This document shows positions 26,301 to 38,235 of a DNA stretch of 64,000 nt, piece by piece. The notes under the pieces were generated by a model that saw only the letters and a list, made by a program, of their open reading frames with translations, made no database searches and was not told the DNA's origin. The stretch spans positions 375,286,001-375,350,000 of the forward strand of contig NC_091978.1 of assembly GCF_044704955.1 (NCBI RefSeq). Reading direction: 5' to 3'. Made by a program: the position numbers and the translations under genes. Numbering within the stretch: the first letter of the stretch is position 1; the number at the start of each line of letters is the position of its first letter. The DNA is from Pristiophorus japonicus. Lineage: Eukaryota.

Positions 26301-27400
26301 GCATGGATCGAGAATTGGCTGGCTAACAGAAAGCAGAGAGTGGGATAAATGGGTCCTTTTCGGGTTGGAAATCGGTGGTTAGTGGTGTGCCACAGGGATC
26401 GGTGCTGGGACCACAACTGTTTACAATATACATAGATGACCTGGAAGAGGGGACTGAGTGTAGTGTAACAAAATTTGCAAATGACACAAAGATTAGTGGG
26501 AAAGCGGGTTGTGTAGAGGACACAGAGAGGCTGCAAAGAGATTTGGATAGGTTAAGCGAATGGGCTAAGGTTTGGCAGATGGAATACAATGTCGGAAAGT
26601 GTGAAGTCATCCACCTTGGGAAAAAAAAACAGTAAAAGGGAATATTATTTGAATGGGGAGAAATTACAACATGCTGAGGTGCAGAGGGACCTGGGGGTCC
26701 TTGTGCATGAATCCCAAAAAGTTAGTTTGCAGGTGCAGCAGGTAATCAGGAAGTCGAATGGAATGTTGGCCTTCATTGCGAGAGGGATGGAGTACAAAAG
26801 CAGGGAGGTCCTGCTGCAACTGTATAGGGTATTGGTGAGGCCGCACCTGGAGTACTGCGAACAGTTACTTAAGGAAGGATATACTGGCTTTGGAGGAGGT
26901 ACAGAGACGATTCACTCGGCTGATTCCGGAGATGAGGGGGTTACCTTATGATGATAGATTGAGTAGACTGGGTCTTTACTCGTTGGAGTTCAGAAGGATG
27001 AGGGGTGATCTTATAGAAACATTTAAAATAATGAAAGGGATAGACAAGATAGAGGCAGAGAGGTTGTTTCCACTGGTAGGGGAGTCTCGAACTAGGGGGC
27101 ACAGCCTCAAAATATGGGGGAGCCAATTTAAAACCGAGTTGAGAAGGACTTTCTTCTCCCAGAGGGTTGTGAATCTGTGGAATTCTCTGCCCAAGGAAGC
27201 AGTTGAGGCTAGCTCATTGAATGTATTCAAGTCACAGATAGTTAGATTTTTAACCAAAAAGGGAATTAAGGGTTACGGGGAGCGGGCAGGTAAGTGGAGC
27301 TGAGTCCACGGCCAGATCAGCCATGATCTTGTTGAATGGCGGAGCAGGCTCGAGGGGCTAGATGGCCTACTCCTGTTCCTAATTCTTATGTTCTTATGTT
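23365..27400 (+). mobile_element. CR1 LINE interrupted by an opposite-strand CR1 (24268-26298)
   Basis: The RT reading breaks at GNVL (24267) and resumes at AWIENWL (~26300); (TTCTTATG)n tail at ~27383-27407. Confidence 0.88.
24268..26298 (-). mobile_element. CR1 LINE, 5'-truncated, young
   Basis: Long RT ORFs 25339-26304 and 24361-25299; CATAGAAA tail at 24268. Confidence 0.95.
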
Positions 27401-27404
27401 CTTA

Positions 27405-28545
27405 TGGTCACTCTTCCCCAAGGGGCCTCGCACAACAAGATTGCTAATTAGTCCTTTCTCATTGTACATCACCCAGTCTAGGATGGCCAGCCCACTAGTT
27501 GGTTCCTCGACATATTGGTCCAGAAAACCATCCCTAATACACTCCAGGAAATGCTCCTCCATCGTATTGCTACCAGTTTGGTTAGTCCAGTCTATATGTA
27601 GATTAAAGTCACCCATGATAACTGCTGTACCTTTATTGCACGCATCCCTAATTTCTTGTTTGATGCTGTCCCCAACCTTACTACTACTGTTTGATGGTTT
27701 ATGCACAACTCCCACGAGCATTTTCTGCCCTTTTGTATTCCGCAGCTCCACCCATACAGATTCCACATCATCCAAGCTAATGTCCTTCTTTACTATTGCG
27801 TTAATTTCCTCTCTAACCAGCAATGCTACACCACCTCCTTTTCCTTTCTGTCTATCCTTCCTGAATGTTGAATACCCCTGGATGTTGAGTTCCCAGCCTT
27901 GGTCACCCTGGAGTCATGTCTCCATGATGCCAATTATATCATATTCATTAATTGCTGCCTGTGCAGTTAATTGGTCCACCTTATTAGGAATACTCCTCGC
28001 ATTGAGGCACAGAGCCTTCAGGCTTGTCTTTTTAACACACTTTGCCCCTTTAGAATTTTGCTGTAATGTGGCCCTTTTTGATTTTTGCCTTGGGTTTCTC
28101 TGCCCTCTACTTTTACTTTTGCTTCTGCCCCTATTTTACTTCCCTCTGTCTCCTTGAATAGGTTCCCATCCCCCTGCCATATTGGTTTAACCCCTCCCCA
28201 ACAGCACTAGCGAACACTCCCCCTTGGACATTGGTTCTGGTCCTGCCCAGGTGCAGACCGTCCGGTTTGTACTGGTCCCACCTCCCCCAGAACCGGTTCC
28301 AATGTCCCAGAAATTTGAATTCCTCCCTTCTGCACCATTCCTCAAGCCACATATTCATTTGAGCTATCCTGCGATTCCTGCTCTGACTAGCACGTGGCAC
28401 TGTAGCAATTCTGGGATTACTGCCTTTGAGGCCCTACTTTTAATTAGCTCCTAGCTCCCTAAATTCAGCTTGTAGGACCTCATCCCGTTTTTTACCTGTA
28501 TCATTGGTATCTATATGCACCCCGGCAACTGGCTGTTCACCCTCT
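27405..28545 (-). mobile_element. CR1 5' portion: ORF1 esterase (SGNH) and APE endonuclease remnants
   Basis: ORF 28131-28400 (WGRWDQYKPDGLHL) and ORF 27386-27823 (IMGDFN, LDWV, SDH). Confidence 0.88.
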
Positions 28546-28549
28546 CATC

Positions 28550-30578
28550 AAACCCTACATAATGTAGCAAGACTTCCTTACTCCTATACTCCAAACCCCT
28601 TGTAATAAAGGGTAACATACAATTTGCCTTCCTAATTGCTTGCTGTGCCCACATGTTAACTTTCTATGATTGGTGTACAAGGACACCCAAATCTCTTTGA
28701 ACACCAACATTTACTAGTCTCTCATCTTTTAAAAAATATTCTGCTTTTCCATTCTTCCTCCCAAAGTGGATAATTTCGCACTTCCCCACAATATATCTCT
28801 GGCCCCATGTCATCTACCAAAATTCTCTGGATTCCGGAGAGGTCCAAGCGAACTGGATAACTCGAAATGTAATGCCCCTATTTAAGAAAAGAGGGAGACA
28901 GAAAGCAGGAAATTATAAACCAGTTAGTCTAACTGGAGTCCATCATAAAGGAAGTAGTAGCAGGATATTTAGAAAATTTGTTCAAGTTCTATGAGGATGT
29001 AATGAGCAAGGTGGCTGAAGGGGAACCAGTAGATGTCATATATTTGGATTTCCAGAAAGCATTTGAGAAGGTGCCACATAAAAGGTTACTGCACAAGATA
29101 AGAGCTCACAGGGCTTGGGGTAATATATTAGCATGGATAAAGAATTGGCTAACTAACAGAAAGCAGAGAGTTAGGGTAAATGGGTCATAAGAACATAAGA
29201 AATAAGAGCAGAATTCGCCTCTTGAGCCTGCTCTGCCATTCAATACGATCATGGCTGATCTGATCATGGACTCAGCTCAACTTCCCTGCCCACTCCCCAT
29301 AACCTTTTACTCTCTTATCACTCAGAAATCTGTATCTCCGCGTTAAATATATTCAATGTCCCAGCTTCCACAACTCTCTGGGGCAGAGAATTCCACAGAT
29401 TTACAACCTTCTGAGAGAAGAAATTCCTCCTCATCTCTGTTTTAAATGGTCGACCCCTTATTCTAAAACTATACCTCCTAATTCTAGATTCCCCCATGAG
29501 TGGAAACATCCTCCCTGCATTTACCAGGTCATTTTCAGGTTGGCAAACTGTAACTAGTGTGTTGCCATAGAGATCAGTGCTGGGGTCTCAACTATTTACA
29601 ATTTATATTAATGACTTGAATGAAGGGATCGCGTGTAATGTAGCCAAATTTGCTGATGATGCAAAGATAGGTGGGAAAGCAAGTTGTGAGGTTGACGCAA
29701 ATAATCTACAAAGGGATAGAGACAGATTATGTGAGTGGGCAAAAATTTAGCAGATAGAGTATAATGTGGAAAAATGTGAGATTATCCACTTTGGTAGGAA
29801 AAATAAAAAAGCTAGTTATTATTTAAATGGGGAAAGATTACAAAATGCGGTGGTACAGAGGAATCTGGGGGTCCTTGTACATGAAACACAAAAAGTTAGT
29901 ATGCAGGTACAGCAAGTGATCAAGAAGGCAAATGGAATGTTGGCCTTTATTGCAAGGGGGATAGAGTATAAAAGTAGGGAAGTCCTGCTACAAATGTACA
30001 GGGCGTTGGCGAGGTCACACCTGGAGTACTGCGTACAGTTTTGGTCTCCTTATATAAGGAAGGATATACTTGCACTGGAGGCAGTTCAGAGAAGGTTCAC
30101 GAGGTTGATTCCTGAGGCGAAGGGGTTGTCATATGAAGAAAGGTTGAGCAGGATGGACCTATATTCATTGGAGTTTAGAAGACTTCGAGGTGATCCTACT
30201 GAAACATATAAGCTTCTGAGGGGGCTCGGCAAGGTAGATGCAAAGAGGCTGTTTCCCCCCCGTGGGGGAATCTAGAACTAGGGGCATAGTTTCAGAATAA
30301 GGGGGCGCCCATTTAAAACGTAAATGAGGAATTTCTTCTCTGAGGGTCATGAATCTTTGGAATTCTCTGCCCTAGAGAGCTGTGGAGGCTGGGTCGTTGA
30401 ATATATTTAAGGTGGAGATAGACAGATTTTTGAATGATAAGGGAGTGAAGGGTTATGGGGAGCGGGCAGGGAAGTGAAGTTGAGGCCAAGGTCAGATCAG
30501 CCATGGTCTTATTGAATGGCGGAGCAGGCTCGAGGGGTCAAATGGCAGACTCCTGCTCCTATTTCTTATGTTCTTATA
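28550..30578. mobile_element. Further nested CR1 fragments (both strands)
   Basis: RT ORFs 28978-29190 (+), 29318-29509 (-), 29766-30275 (+); TTCTTATG tail at ~30562-30577. Confidence 0.88.
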
Positions 30579-31587
30579 CAAAAGTGAAGTTCATGCAAAT
30601 TTCATGAATTTATACCCATTCTGAACGGGTTATAAATTTAAGCCTAAAGTTTTACACACAACAGGACCAAACTTATTTTGTTTTTTCACAGTTTTTAAAT
30701 TCTGCTCACTGAGACATACAATGTGTCTTCTATATCTAAAAATGTATCTTCATGGACCCGAGAATGATTTGCATTAAGAACTGTTTTAAGCATTAAAAAC
30801 GTCATGATTACATTTGCTGAAACATGCTGTGCCTAATGTGTATAAAAGATAGTTTGATGACTTCAAACTTTAATTTTCATTGTTAAAGATGACATAAAGA
30901 AAGAAGAGCGCGTAAGTTCAGCACGTCCCTCGGGCAATGATTTCCAATTGTTGGACGCTGGTTTTTAAGATTCTGGCGTATGCTAATGGGATTCTCAAAG
31001 AATTTCAACATAACTCAGCAACAGGAAGAACGGCATTAATTTTGGCTTAACTTGCTGGTTCGCCATTTCAGGAAATTCCAGACCAGATCATTTGGAAATC
31101 ACACCTTGAGGTAACAGTGGGCGGAACTATCTCCATTCCCTGGTCGCTGGTTGGGCGCCTTGCCAGGATGTTATTGGCGAACTTGCCTACGAAAATTGCT
31201 GCCGTAAATGCCAATGGGCGGATTATTGCAGGCGGGGCACCAATGATTTTGCAATATGTTGCTCACTGCGTACGAAGCTCAGTGTTGGGAGGCCTCGGAA
31301 ACCTCCGCCCTATTTATGTAACTTGTTGGAGAGACTCAGTACCATAGTAATCAGATCATTAATGACTGGTTATATCCAACACTTCTTTCAGCCAATGGTC
31401 CAGCCAACTTACTCGGAGTGAGGATCCATAATTAGCCAATGAGATAAAAGCAATGAATGTGCTTTGCTGGCGCCGGTTGAGCGAGCAGGTTGCCCACGAG
31501 AGCTTGCAGCTCTTCGGATCTCGCTACGGGACACTGTGTGTCCACCTCCATCAGCAGACTTGATTCAACATCTCATCTACAGAAGGG

Positions 31588-31985
31588 CCCCACCGACAGT
31601 GCAGCACTCCCCCAGTCCCACCGACAGTGCAGCACTCCCCCAGCCCCACCGACAGTGCAGCACTCCCCCAGCCCCACCGACAGTGCAGCACTCCCCCAGC
31701 CCCACTGACAGTGCAGCACTCCCCCACCGACAGTGCAGCACTCCCCCAACCCCACTGACAGTGCAGCACTCCTCCACTGACAGTGCAGCACTCCCCCAAC
31801 CCCACTGACAGTGCAGCACTCCTCCACTGACAGTGCAGCACTCCCCCAACCCCACTGACAGTGCAGCACTCCTCCACTGACAGTGCAGCACTCCCCCAGC
31901 GCCACCGACAGTGCAGCACTCCCCCACCGACAGTGCAGCACTCCCCCAGCCCCACCGACAGTGCAACACTCCCCCAGTCCCGCAC
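31588..31985 (+). repeat. 22/28-bp minisatellite (CCCCACCGACAGTGCAGCACTCCCCCAG), probably SINE-derived
   Basis: Visible tandem units. The core GACAGTGCAGCACTCCC resembles a vertebrate SINE central-domain motif (recalled). Confidence 0.85.
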
Positions 31986-32286
31986 TGAACCTTGGGCTGG
32001 ATAAAGTTCTCCACCCCATGCCGTGGGGATTGATTCGAGGATCGGTGCACTCCGAGGAAGAAGCTCCGGTCCTGAGCCACGCTGACACACCTCTGTCCGA
32101 TGCAGAGTTAAACCGAGGGAGGGCACTGTACTGAGCATTGACAGGTTTAACTGCAAATGTGACTTGATTGGTTCGTCAGAGGGCCATTCTTCAGATATTT
32201 AATATAATGTTCTATTCTAGAAAAATGTAAATGTAAAGAAAATTCTGTTTTCTGGACTGAGATATAAATAATGCCATTTGACTTAG

Positions 32287-32439
32287 AAGCGTCGCAGAGG
32301 ACGGAGAAACCGGCGTTGCAGGAGGAAAAAAGGTTCAAAAGCAAAAAGCCGGGGTCGGGGGAGACGTGGTCGGAAGGGAAGAAGGAAATCTCATGGTTGG
32401 AGGCACGGATCGAGCTCTGAAACTGGTGCAGACAGATAG
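32287..32439 (+). CDS. spp2: Candidate last coding exon of the SPP2-like gene: cationic peptide KRRRGRRNRRCRRKKGSKAKSRGRGRRGRKGRRKSHGWRHGSSSETGADR*
   Basis: TTTGACTTAG acceptor (weak). Phase 0 matches the exon 4 donor. TAG at 32437-32439 and strong donor A|GTAAGT at 32486/7. Other frames are also open, so the frame is inferred. Confidence 0.6.
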   Translation, partial: KRRRGRRNRRCRRKKGSKAKSRGRGRRGRKGRRKSHGWRHGSSSETGADR

Positions 32440-32918
32440 ACAGATCGCAAGACTGAATGAACCGCAGAGAGTAAAACACAGATTCAGTAAGTATCACCAG
32501 AGATTATGTGTCACTTTTTGAAGAGTAAATTCTCCTTAATTTTGTCCCATTTCTGTGGTCGCAATATTGCATAGAATTACAACCTGTAAACAGGCCGTTG
32601 GACCCAGCTGGTCTGTGTTGGTGTGGATCCTCCAGCGAGTAATGGTCCTGATCCCATTTGCCGGCTCAGTTCCCAAATCCCACTATCCTGCTCTCCTTCA
32701 GCCTCCTATATAACCAACTAACCCATCCTCAAATGTTGATCAAGTCTATGGATTTGATTCTTCCTGTACTATTTTGATCTTGTATATTTCTGTAAGGCCA
32801 CCTCTCTGATGCCTCCTTTCAAAGCTGAAAAGCCCAAAGTTTTTCCTTATAACTCAGTTCTCTGACAACAGGATCAGACTCTTTATCTGAACTGCCTCAG
32901 GATTTGAATGTCTGCCTC

Positions 32919-33320
32919 GTGTCTCAGTGACCAGGGCTGGACACCGAACTCCAAGTGTGGTCTGACCAGTGTCTCAGTGACCAAGGCTGGACACAGTGCT
33001 CCAAGTGTGGTCTGACCAGTGTCTCAGTGACCAGGGCTGGACACAGTGTTCCAAGTGTGGTCTGACCAGTGTCTCAGTGACCAGGGCTGGACACAGTGCT
33101 CCAAGTGTGGTCTGACCAGTGTCTCAGTGACCAGGGCTGGACACAGTGCTCCAATTGTGGTCTGACCAGTGTCTCAGTGACCAGGGCTGGACACCGAACT
33201 CCAAGTGTGGTCTGACCAGTATCTCAATGACCAGGGCTGGACACAGTGCTCCAAGTGTGGTCTGACCAGTGTCTCAGTGACCAGGGCTGGACACAGTGCT
33301 CCAAGTGTGGTCTGACCAGT
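32919..33320. repeat. 50-bp tandem repeat x8 derived from an old CR1 RT segment
   Basis: Units start at 32919, 32969 ... 33269. Minus strand reads LVRPHLEHCVQPW, the CR1 LVRPHLEYC motif. Confidence 0.9.
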
Positions 33321-33982
33321 AGGCCTTGAGCACGACTTTCCCTGACTAACACTCTGCTGTTTGAGTGATGTGGTTTAGAATTCCATTTATTGTTTGATCG
33401 TTGCCCTGCAATGATTGGACATGTTCAGGAATCTCCCTTACCTGTGGACCCACATTTGGTATTGTGAGCAAATTTTACAATATGTTGAAATCCTTTTTAA
33501 TGACAGCAGAGAACCGGGGACAGGACCTGCAGAATCCAATAGTCAATAATCCCGAGAGAGCTTTTCCAACTTAGAGCAAGACTGTACCGTGCAGGTGTGA
33601 GAGTCATCGAGTGCGATGAAGTGTGAGCAGCATTTGCCCATATTGGAGGATCGATCAATATTTGTGTGTGAGGATGAAACAAATCCTCCCAATTTCTGTT
33701 AAACTTGCTTCACTCACGCAGCTGTGTGTGAACAGAGTTAAAAGGCTCCATGTATCCATGCTTGGTGATTGCAGTAAGAGCAAGGGACACATCCCGTGGG
33801 AAACTCATTTCCTTGCCAACATCAGCCCCTTTGGACACATGTAGAAAGTGACTCTCGTTTTACGGAGAAAGGCTTTTCAGCTCACTGAATGTTCACCAAA
33901 AACCGCTAGAAAAATGGTTAACTGACATTCAGCTGAAAGTATTGGAAAGACCCAATGATTAATGTTGCTGATTAAATTACAG

Positions 33983-34400
33983 ATGTTGTAAGGAAGCTGA
34001 AGAGTGGATAAAGATCTCTGGGCAAAGGTGGTGAACATGAAGAAAATTCTACATGCCTTAAACTGTTTAATTTCAAAGCATTATTTTTCACGTTTAATTA
34101 TACGTAGTTTAATGATTAATCATTATTATTTCATGCTGTAGCTTATTATACTGGTGGTCATGATAGTCTCACTGCTCAGCAGTGTGCCAACTAACGAAAT
34201 CATGTGATATATTCCATACCGGACGTCAATGAGAAGCCGGATAATAAACAGAACAATGAATTACTGGATCGCTGGGGCTCTCTCAGTTCTGTAAAACAAT
34301 ATCGGGAACAACTCACACATATTGGACCCATCGCCAGACTTTTAGCAATCTGACTTGTTAACTGTGATTTGTCTTGTATTAAATAAAACTCTAATTATCA
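33983..34400 (+). other. Possible non-coding terminal (3' UTR) exon of the SPP2-like gene
   Basis: TTACAG acceptor at 33981-33982 and AATAAA at 34243 and 34382 in unique AT-rich sequence; no direct proof. Confidence 0.3.
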
Positions 34401-34544
34401 GAACCCTGTTGGTGTAGTCTGCTTCTGAATGTCTTAAAAGGCCAGTAATCAGATTTACTAAAAGTAGAACATCAAAGAAACAGAAAGTCAAAACAGCATG
34501 AAAATAATAAATACGGCGGATTTCTCCAACACCAAATTTCACTG

Positions 34545-34772
34545 AAGCTGAAGAAACTTCTTCACCCAGAGAGCGGTGAGAATGTGGAACTCCCTACCAC
34601 AGGGAGTGGTTGAGGCGAATAGTATTGATGGATTTAAGGGGAGGTTAGACAAGCAGGTGGGGAGAAGGGAATAGAGTTACATGAGGAGGTTTGAGTGGAA
34701 CATAAACGCCGCATGGACTGGTTGGGTCGAATGGTCTGTTTCTGTGCTGTATATCCTGTGTAATTCTGTGTA
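34545..34772 (+). mobile_element. CR1 3' fragment
   Basis: FFTQRAVRMWNSLP motif followed by a CR1-like 3' UTR. Confidence 0.7.
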
Positions 34773-34976
34773 AACCAGGCTCCTTAACACAAACTGATAC
34801 ACGAGGCTTAATCTGAAGCAATGAAGGCTCCAGATGGACCTGGTGCACATTTTGGGACTGCGTTAGATAATCTCTCAGATTAGCAACATCTATTTCTCCC
34901 ATAAACTGACTTGTGTCTCTCGTGACCAAGAGTTTACTCTTGTTACCCAATATCGAGATGTGTAATAGTGTAACAG

Positions 34977-35651
34977 TGTTGTAGAGAGTAGAAATATATA
35001 TAGACTTAGGCATTAGGCACCTGCTGGATATTTAAAACTCACATAAGCTTAAATGGACACACACATAAAATGGCTGCCCAGGCATTATGGGAAATCAGGT
35101 AGTCAAACTGTGAACTGTTGAACGTTCACTGACCGAGCAATAACCCTGTGAGGCCCACTGTAGGAATGCCTGGGAAGACAGAGATAAGAAGGAAACCATC
35201 TCCTGTGAACAAGGCCATGAAACCAATTATTTCAGGAAGAAAGATAAGAGGGAAACCATTTGCTGTAAACAAGGCTATATACCAATTATTTCTCCCAGAT
35301 GAAAGAACTAGGGAGAGAACCTATAAAGCCATCGATCAGCCCAAGCTGACAATAACCGAACATATGGTTCCCTGGATAGTAGGAGAATTCTATTGGATTA
35401 AAGAACCTATATGTAATCTATAATCGTTGTGATTGGCTTGTGTCCAGCCGTGATGGGCTGTGTAACTGTAGTAAACTGTTTTGTAACTGTTGTGAAACAT
35501 ATAAAGGTGCATGTAACTCTTTGTTCTGTGAAGAGAAACCTGGATACGGTCCTGAGTTTTTCCTTCCCGCTGAGCGTAATAAAAGCTGCTTCAGCATTGG
35601 AACCGACCCTGAGTGTTGAGTGATTCTTCTAAGAAAACACTAACGCTAACA
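34977..35651 (+). repeat. 5' LTR of env-only provirus
   Basis: TG...CA ends, CATATAAAA TATA-like box at ~35498, AATAAA at ~35578. Confidence 0.95.
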
Positions 35652-38235
35652 ATGGCGTAGTCGACGGGATTTCCCGGAGTCGCTGGACGCCCTTGGAAAA
35701 AAAACCCGGGTGAGTATAAAAAACTATTTTTAAGTATAAAGGGTGCGGAAGGTGGAAGCTGGTTGATCGACATGAGGAGACGGTCTAATATCTCAAACGC
35801 CTAGCCTGAGCCTGAATTAAGAGGACTTTTGTCCCACGTGACGGCCAGGAACCAAGTAGGCGTAGGGAACACACTTAGACCGTGGGATCGTGATACCGAG
35901 AGACATCTTCCGGACTCAGTAGTGTAATTTGAAATACCCCGGGATAGAACCAAGCGGTGTACAGCGGCTAACGGAATCCAAACCTGTGAACAGGGTCGGA
36001 CCAACAGGCTGAGCGGTGGTAGGTAGTCGTTAAGGATACGTAGAGCACTGCGGGAATTGCTTAAACGCGTTTTTAAGAATTGTATAAGTTTGTGCAACAG
36101 CAGAACTTGTGACCTGACAGTAGCCAAGAGACAGTTTACTACAAGTCGCGCTAGAAAGAAAGCGGACCTCTGAGAGTAGATTCCTAACGGTAGTAGTCCT
36201 ACCCAGGAATGGCCATGAAAACAAGTAAACTCGAGTGGGGACCAGAAGGGTCGCTTACCCGCCACCTGGCGGAAAAACAAAAGAAGCTAATTGAAAAAAT
36301 GATTAAAGCAGGGTGGAATCCTCAGGAATTAGTTATGTGAGGAATTATTTAGATAAAACTACGAATTCCCTGAAAGGTCATGGATCCAAAAATAGAGCCG
36401 GCCAAAACAAGAAGAGAGACTGTTGTAAATGTCTGATCGTTGAGTGAGAAGTGTCTGTGTGATTTTTGACTGCAGAATGAATTTTTTATGTTTTCATGTT
36501 CCGAAAGCCTGGTTGGAAGAGGAATGCAAGTGTCTGTTTATTTTAGAAACAGAGTGAAAGTCTTTTTTTAAACCCTTTGTAATGTTGTCCTGTATGTGGG
36601 AAGTTTTAAGACATTTAAGTTAGAAACGCAGGTGTGGATTTATTCGGATGATAAGTTACGGAGCTAGGAAAATAAACAAATAAAGAATAGGTTTGTTGAG
36701 CAAAATATTTATTTGACATGCTCACTTACTTGCCGAAAGAAAACATGCAATGATTGATTGGGTTGAAAGACATAAATTTAGTCTCGGAATGAGATAAAGA
36801 ATGCTTTAAAAAAAAAGAGCTTCTAAAAAAAAAGTTTTAAATAAAGATTGAAATTACAACGTTTGAATTGGGATTTTGAGATATTCAGAGAAGGCACAGG
36901 AAATACTGAGGTGGATTTAAAAAAAAAGAGAAAGATTAAATTAAATCTGATCAGGTCAAACTCCTGGGCAAGTGGCGAGCTATCTGCGAAGGTGTAAAAG
37001 GAACTTTTGGAAAATGTTAAAAAACAGCAAGCTTTAGTAACGACTTTGAAACTGGAGCATTTTGAGATAACGAAAGGCAGCACTCAAACTCTCAAAGCTG
37101 GTCTCCATTCCAGTTATGGAGAAAAAGAAAAAGATAAAGACGCCACTTTGAAAGTAAACAAATGATTTTAAATTAACAACTTTATGGAGTTACGAACCCT
37201 CCGTGTAAAATACAAAACCTAATTTGAAGAAAGGAAAAAAAAAGATGTAACGGACTAAATGGAAAAAGACATAACTTACTAAATACTAGTTGATGTTTGC
37301 TGTGAAAAAGATATTGGTTTAATTAGAAGAGAAAAAAAAATTGGAATAAGTAAAAAAAACACTCTACATGGATTCGAATTTTCAATTATGAAAAAGTTTC
37401 AATGCAGTTTGAAAAGATTTCCAAAATGGACAGTGTTTATCAAAAATGTCCCGAACAGTCTAAACAAGCAGGAGGGTTTTGAAGATAACGAGGAGAAAGA
37501 GAGAAATTAAAAAAAAAACAGAATTGAATTTCAGTAAACAAAATTGCTATTGTATGTGTGGTCTTGTTTTAAAACAATTAAAAAAAAAAATTATTTGGCA
37601 AGTACTTGAATTAGAAGTTAAGAAAACATTGGAGTTTACTCTAATGATTTATGCTGTTTAACGGATTCCTAATTTCGAAGCCAGTTTTGAAGGCACAAAG
37701 ACTTTTTTTTCAGATGATTACGTGAAGTCACGTAATGACATCAGGTCTTCTTACAAACCTGGAAAGGAGTTAACCCTTTCCATTGACAGCCGTTTTATAC
37801 TGAACATTATTAATTTGGATTTCTTAATAGATATTCAATAAAACAAATTGAAGAGTTAAAAGCTAAGATAAACAGGCTGGAAGAGATAACGGGACTAGAC
37901 GGATAGTGCAGTGCGCAGCCATAGCACCATCACCTCTGGCAATAGAGCCAATGTACCCCACGGTGGGTAGGTGTAGTCCACAAACCCAACCTAACGGTAA
38001 AGCAGACAGCGATGTTTGGAGGAATAGCTTTGGCCTTGGTCATAATAGGAGTTTGGGTAATATTTAAGTGGGTAAAGACACGGGCGCACGCCCTACAGAT
38101 TCAGCTCGAAATGGTTCGATTATAACCTTGTCCTTCTGATTTTGCAGGGTGACAGGGACACTCGTAGAGCAAAAAAACTTAACCCCTGGTGACGACCAGG
38201 CCGTCTGTTTAAAATTACAGATAATACTTACCGGA

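Noticed and set aside
32919-33320. CRISPR-like regular repeats (also 57329-57687 and 50480-50980)
   Set aside because: These are head-to-tail units without unique spacers, in eukaryotic DNA with no cas genes.
35148-35423. Identical 91-aa ORFs at 35148 and 40674
   Set aside because: Both lie in the LTRs, start at GTG and have no recognisable motif. Their identity reflects LTR youth.
36300-37900. A-rich proviral interior as a decayed gag
   Set aside because: No capsid, zinc-knuckle, protease or RT motifs seen in any frame, so it is left unassigned.
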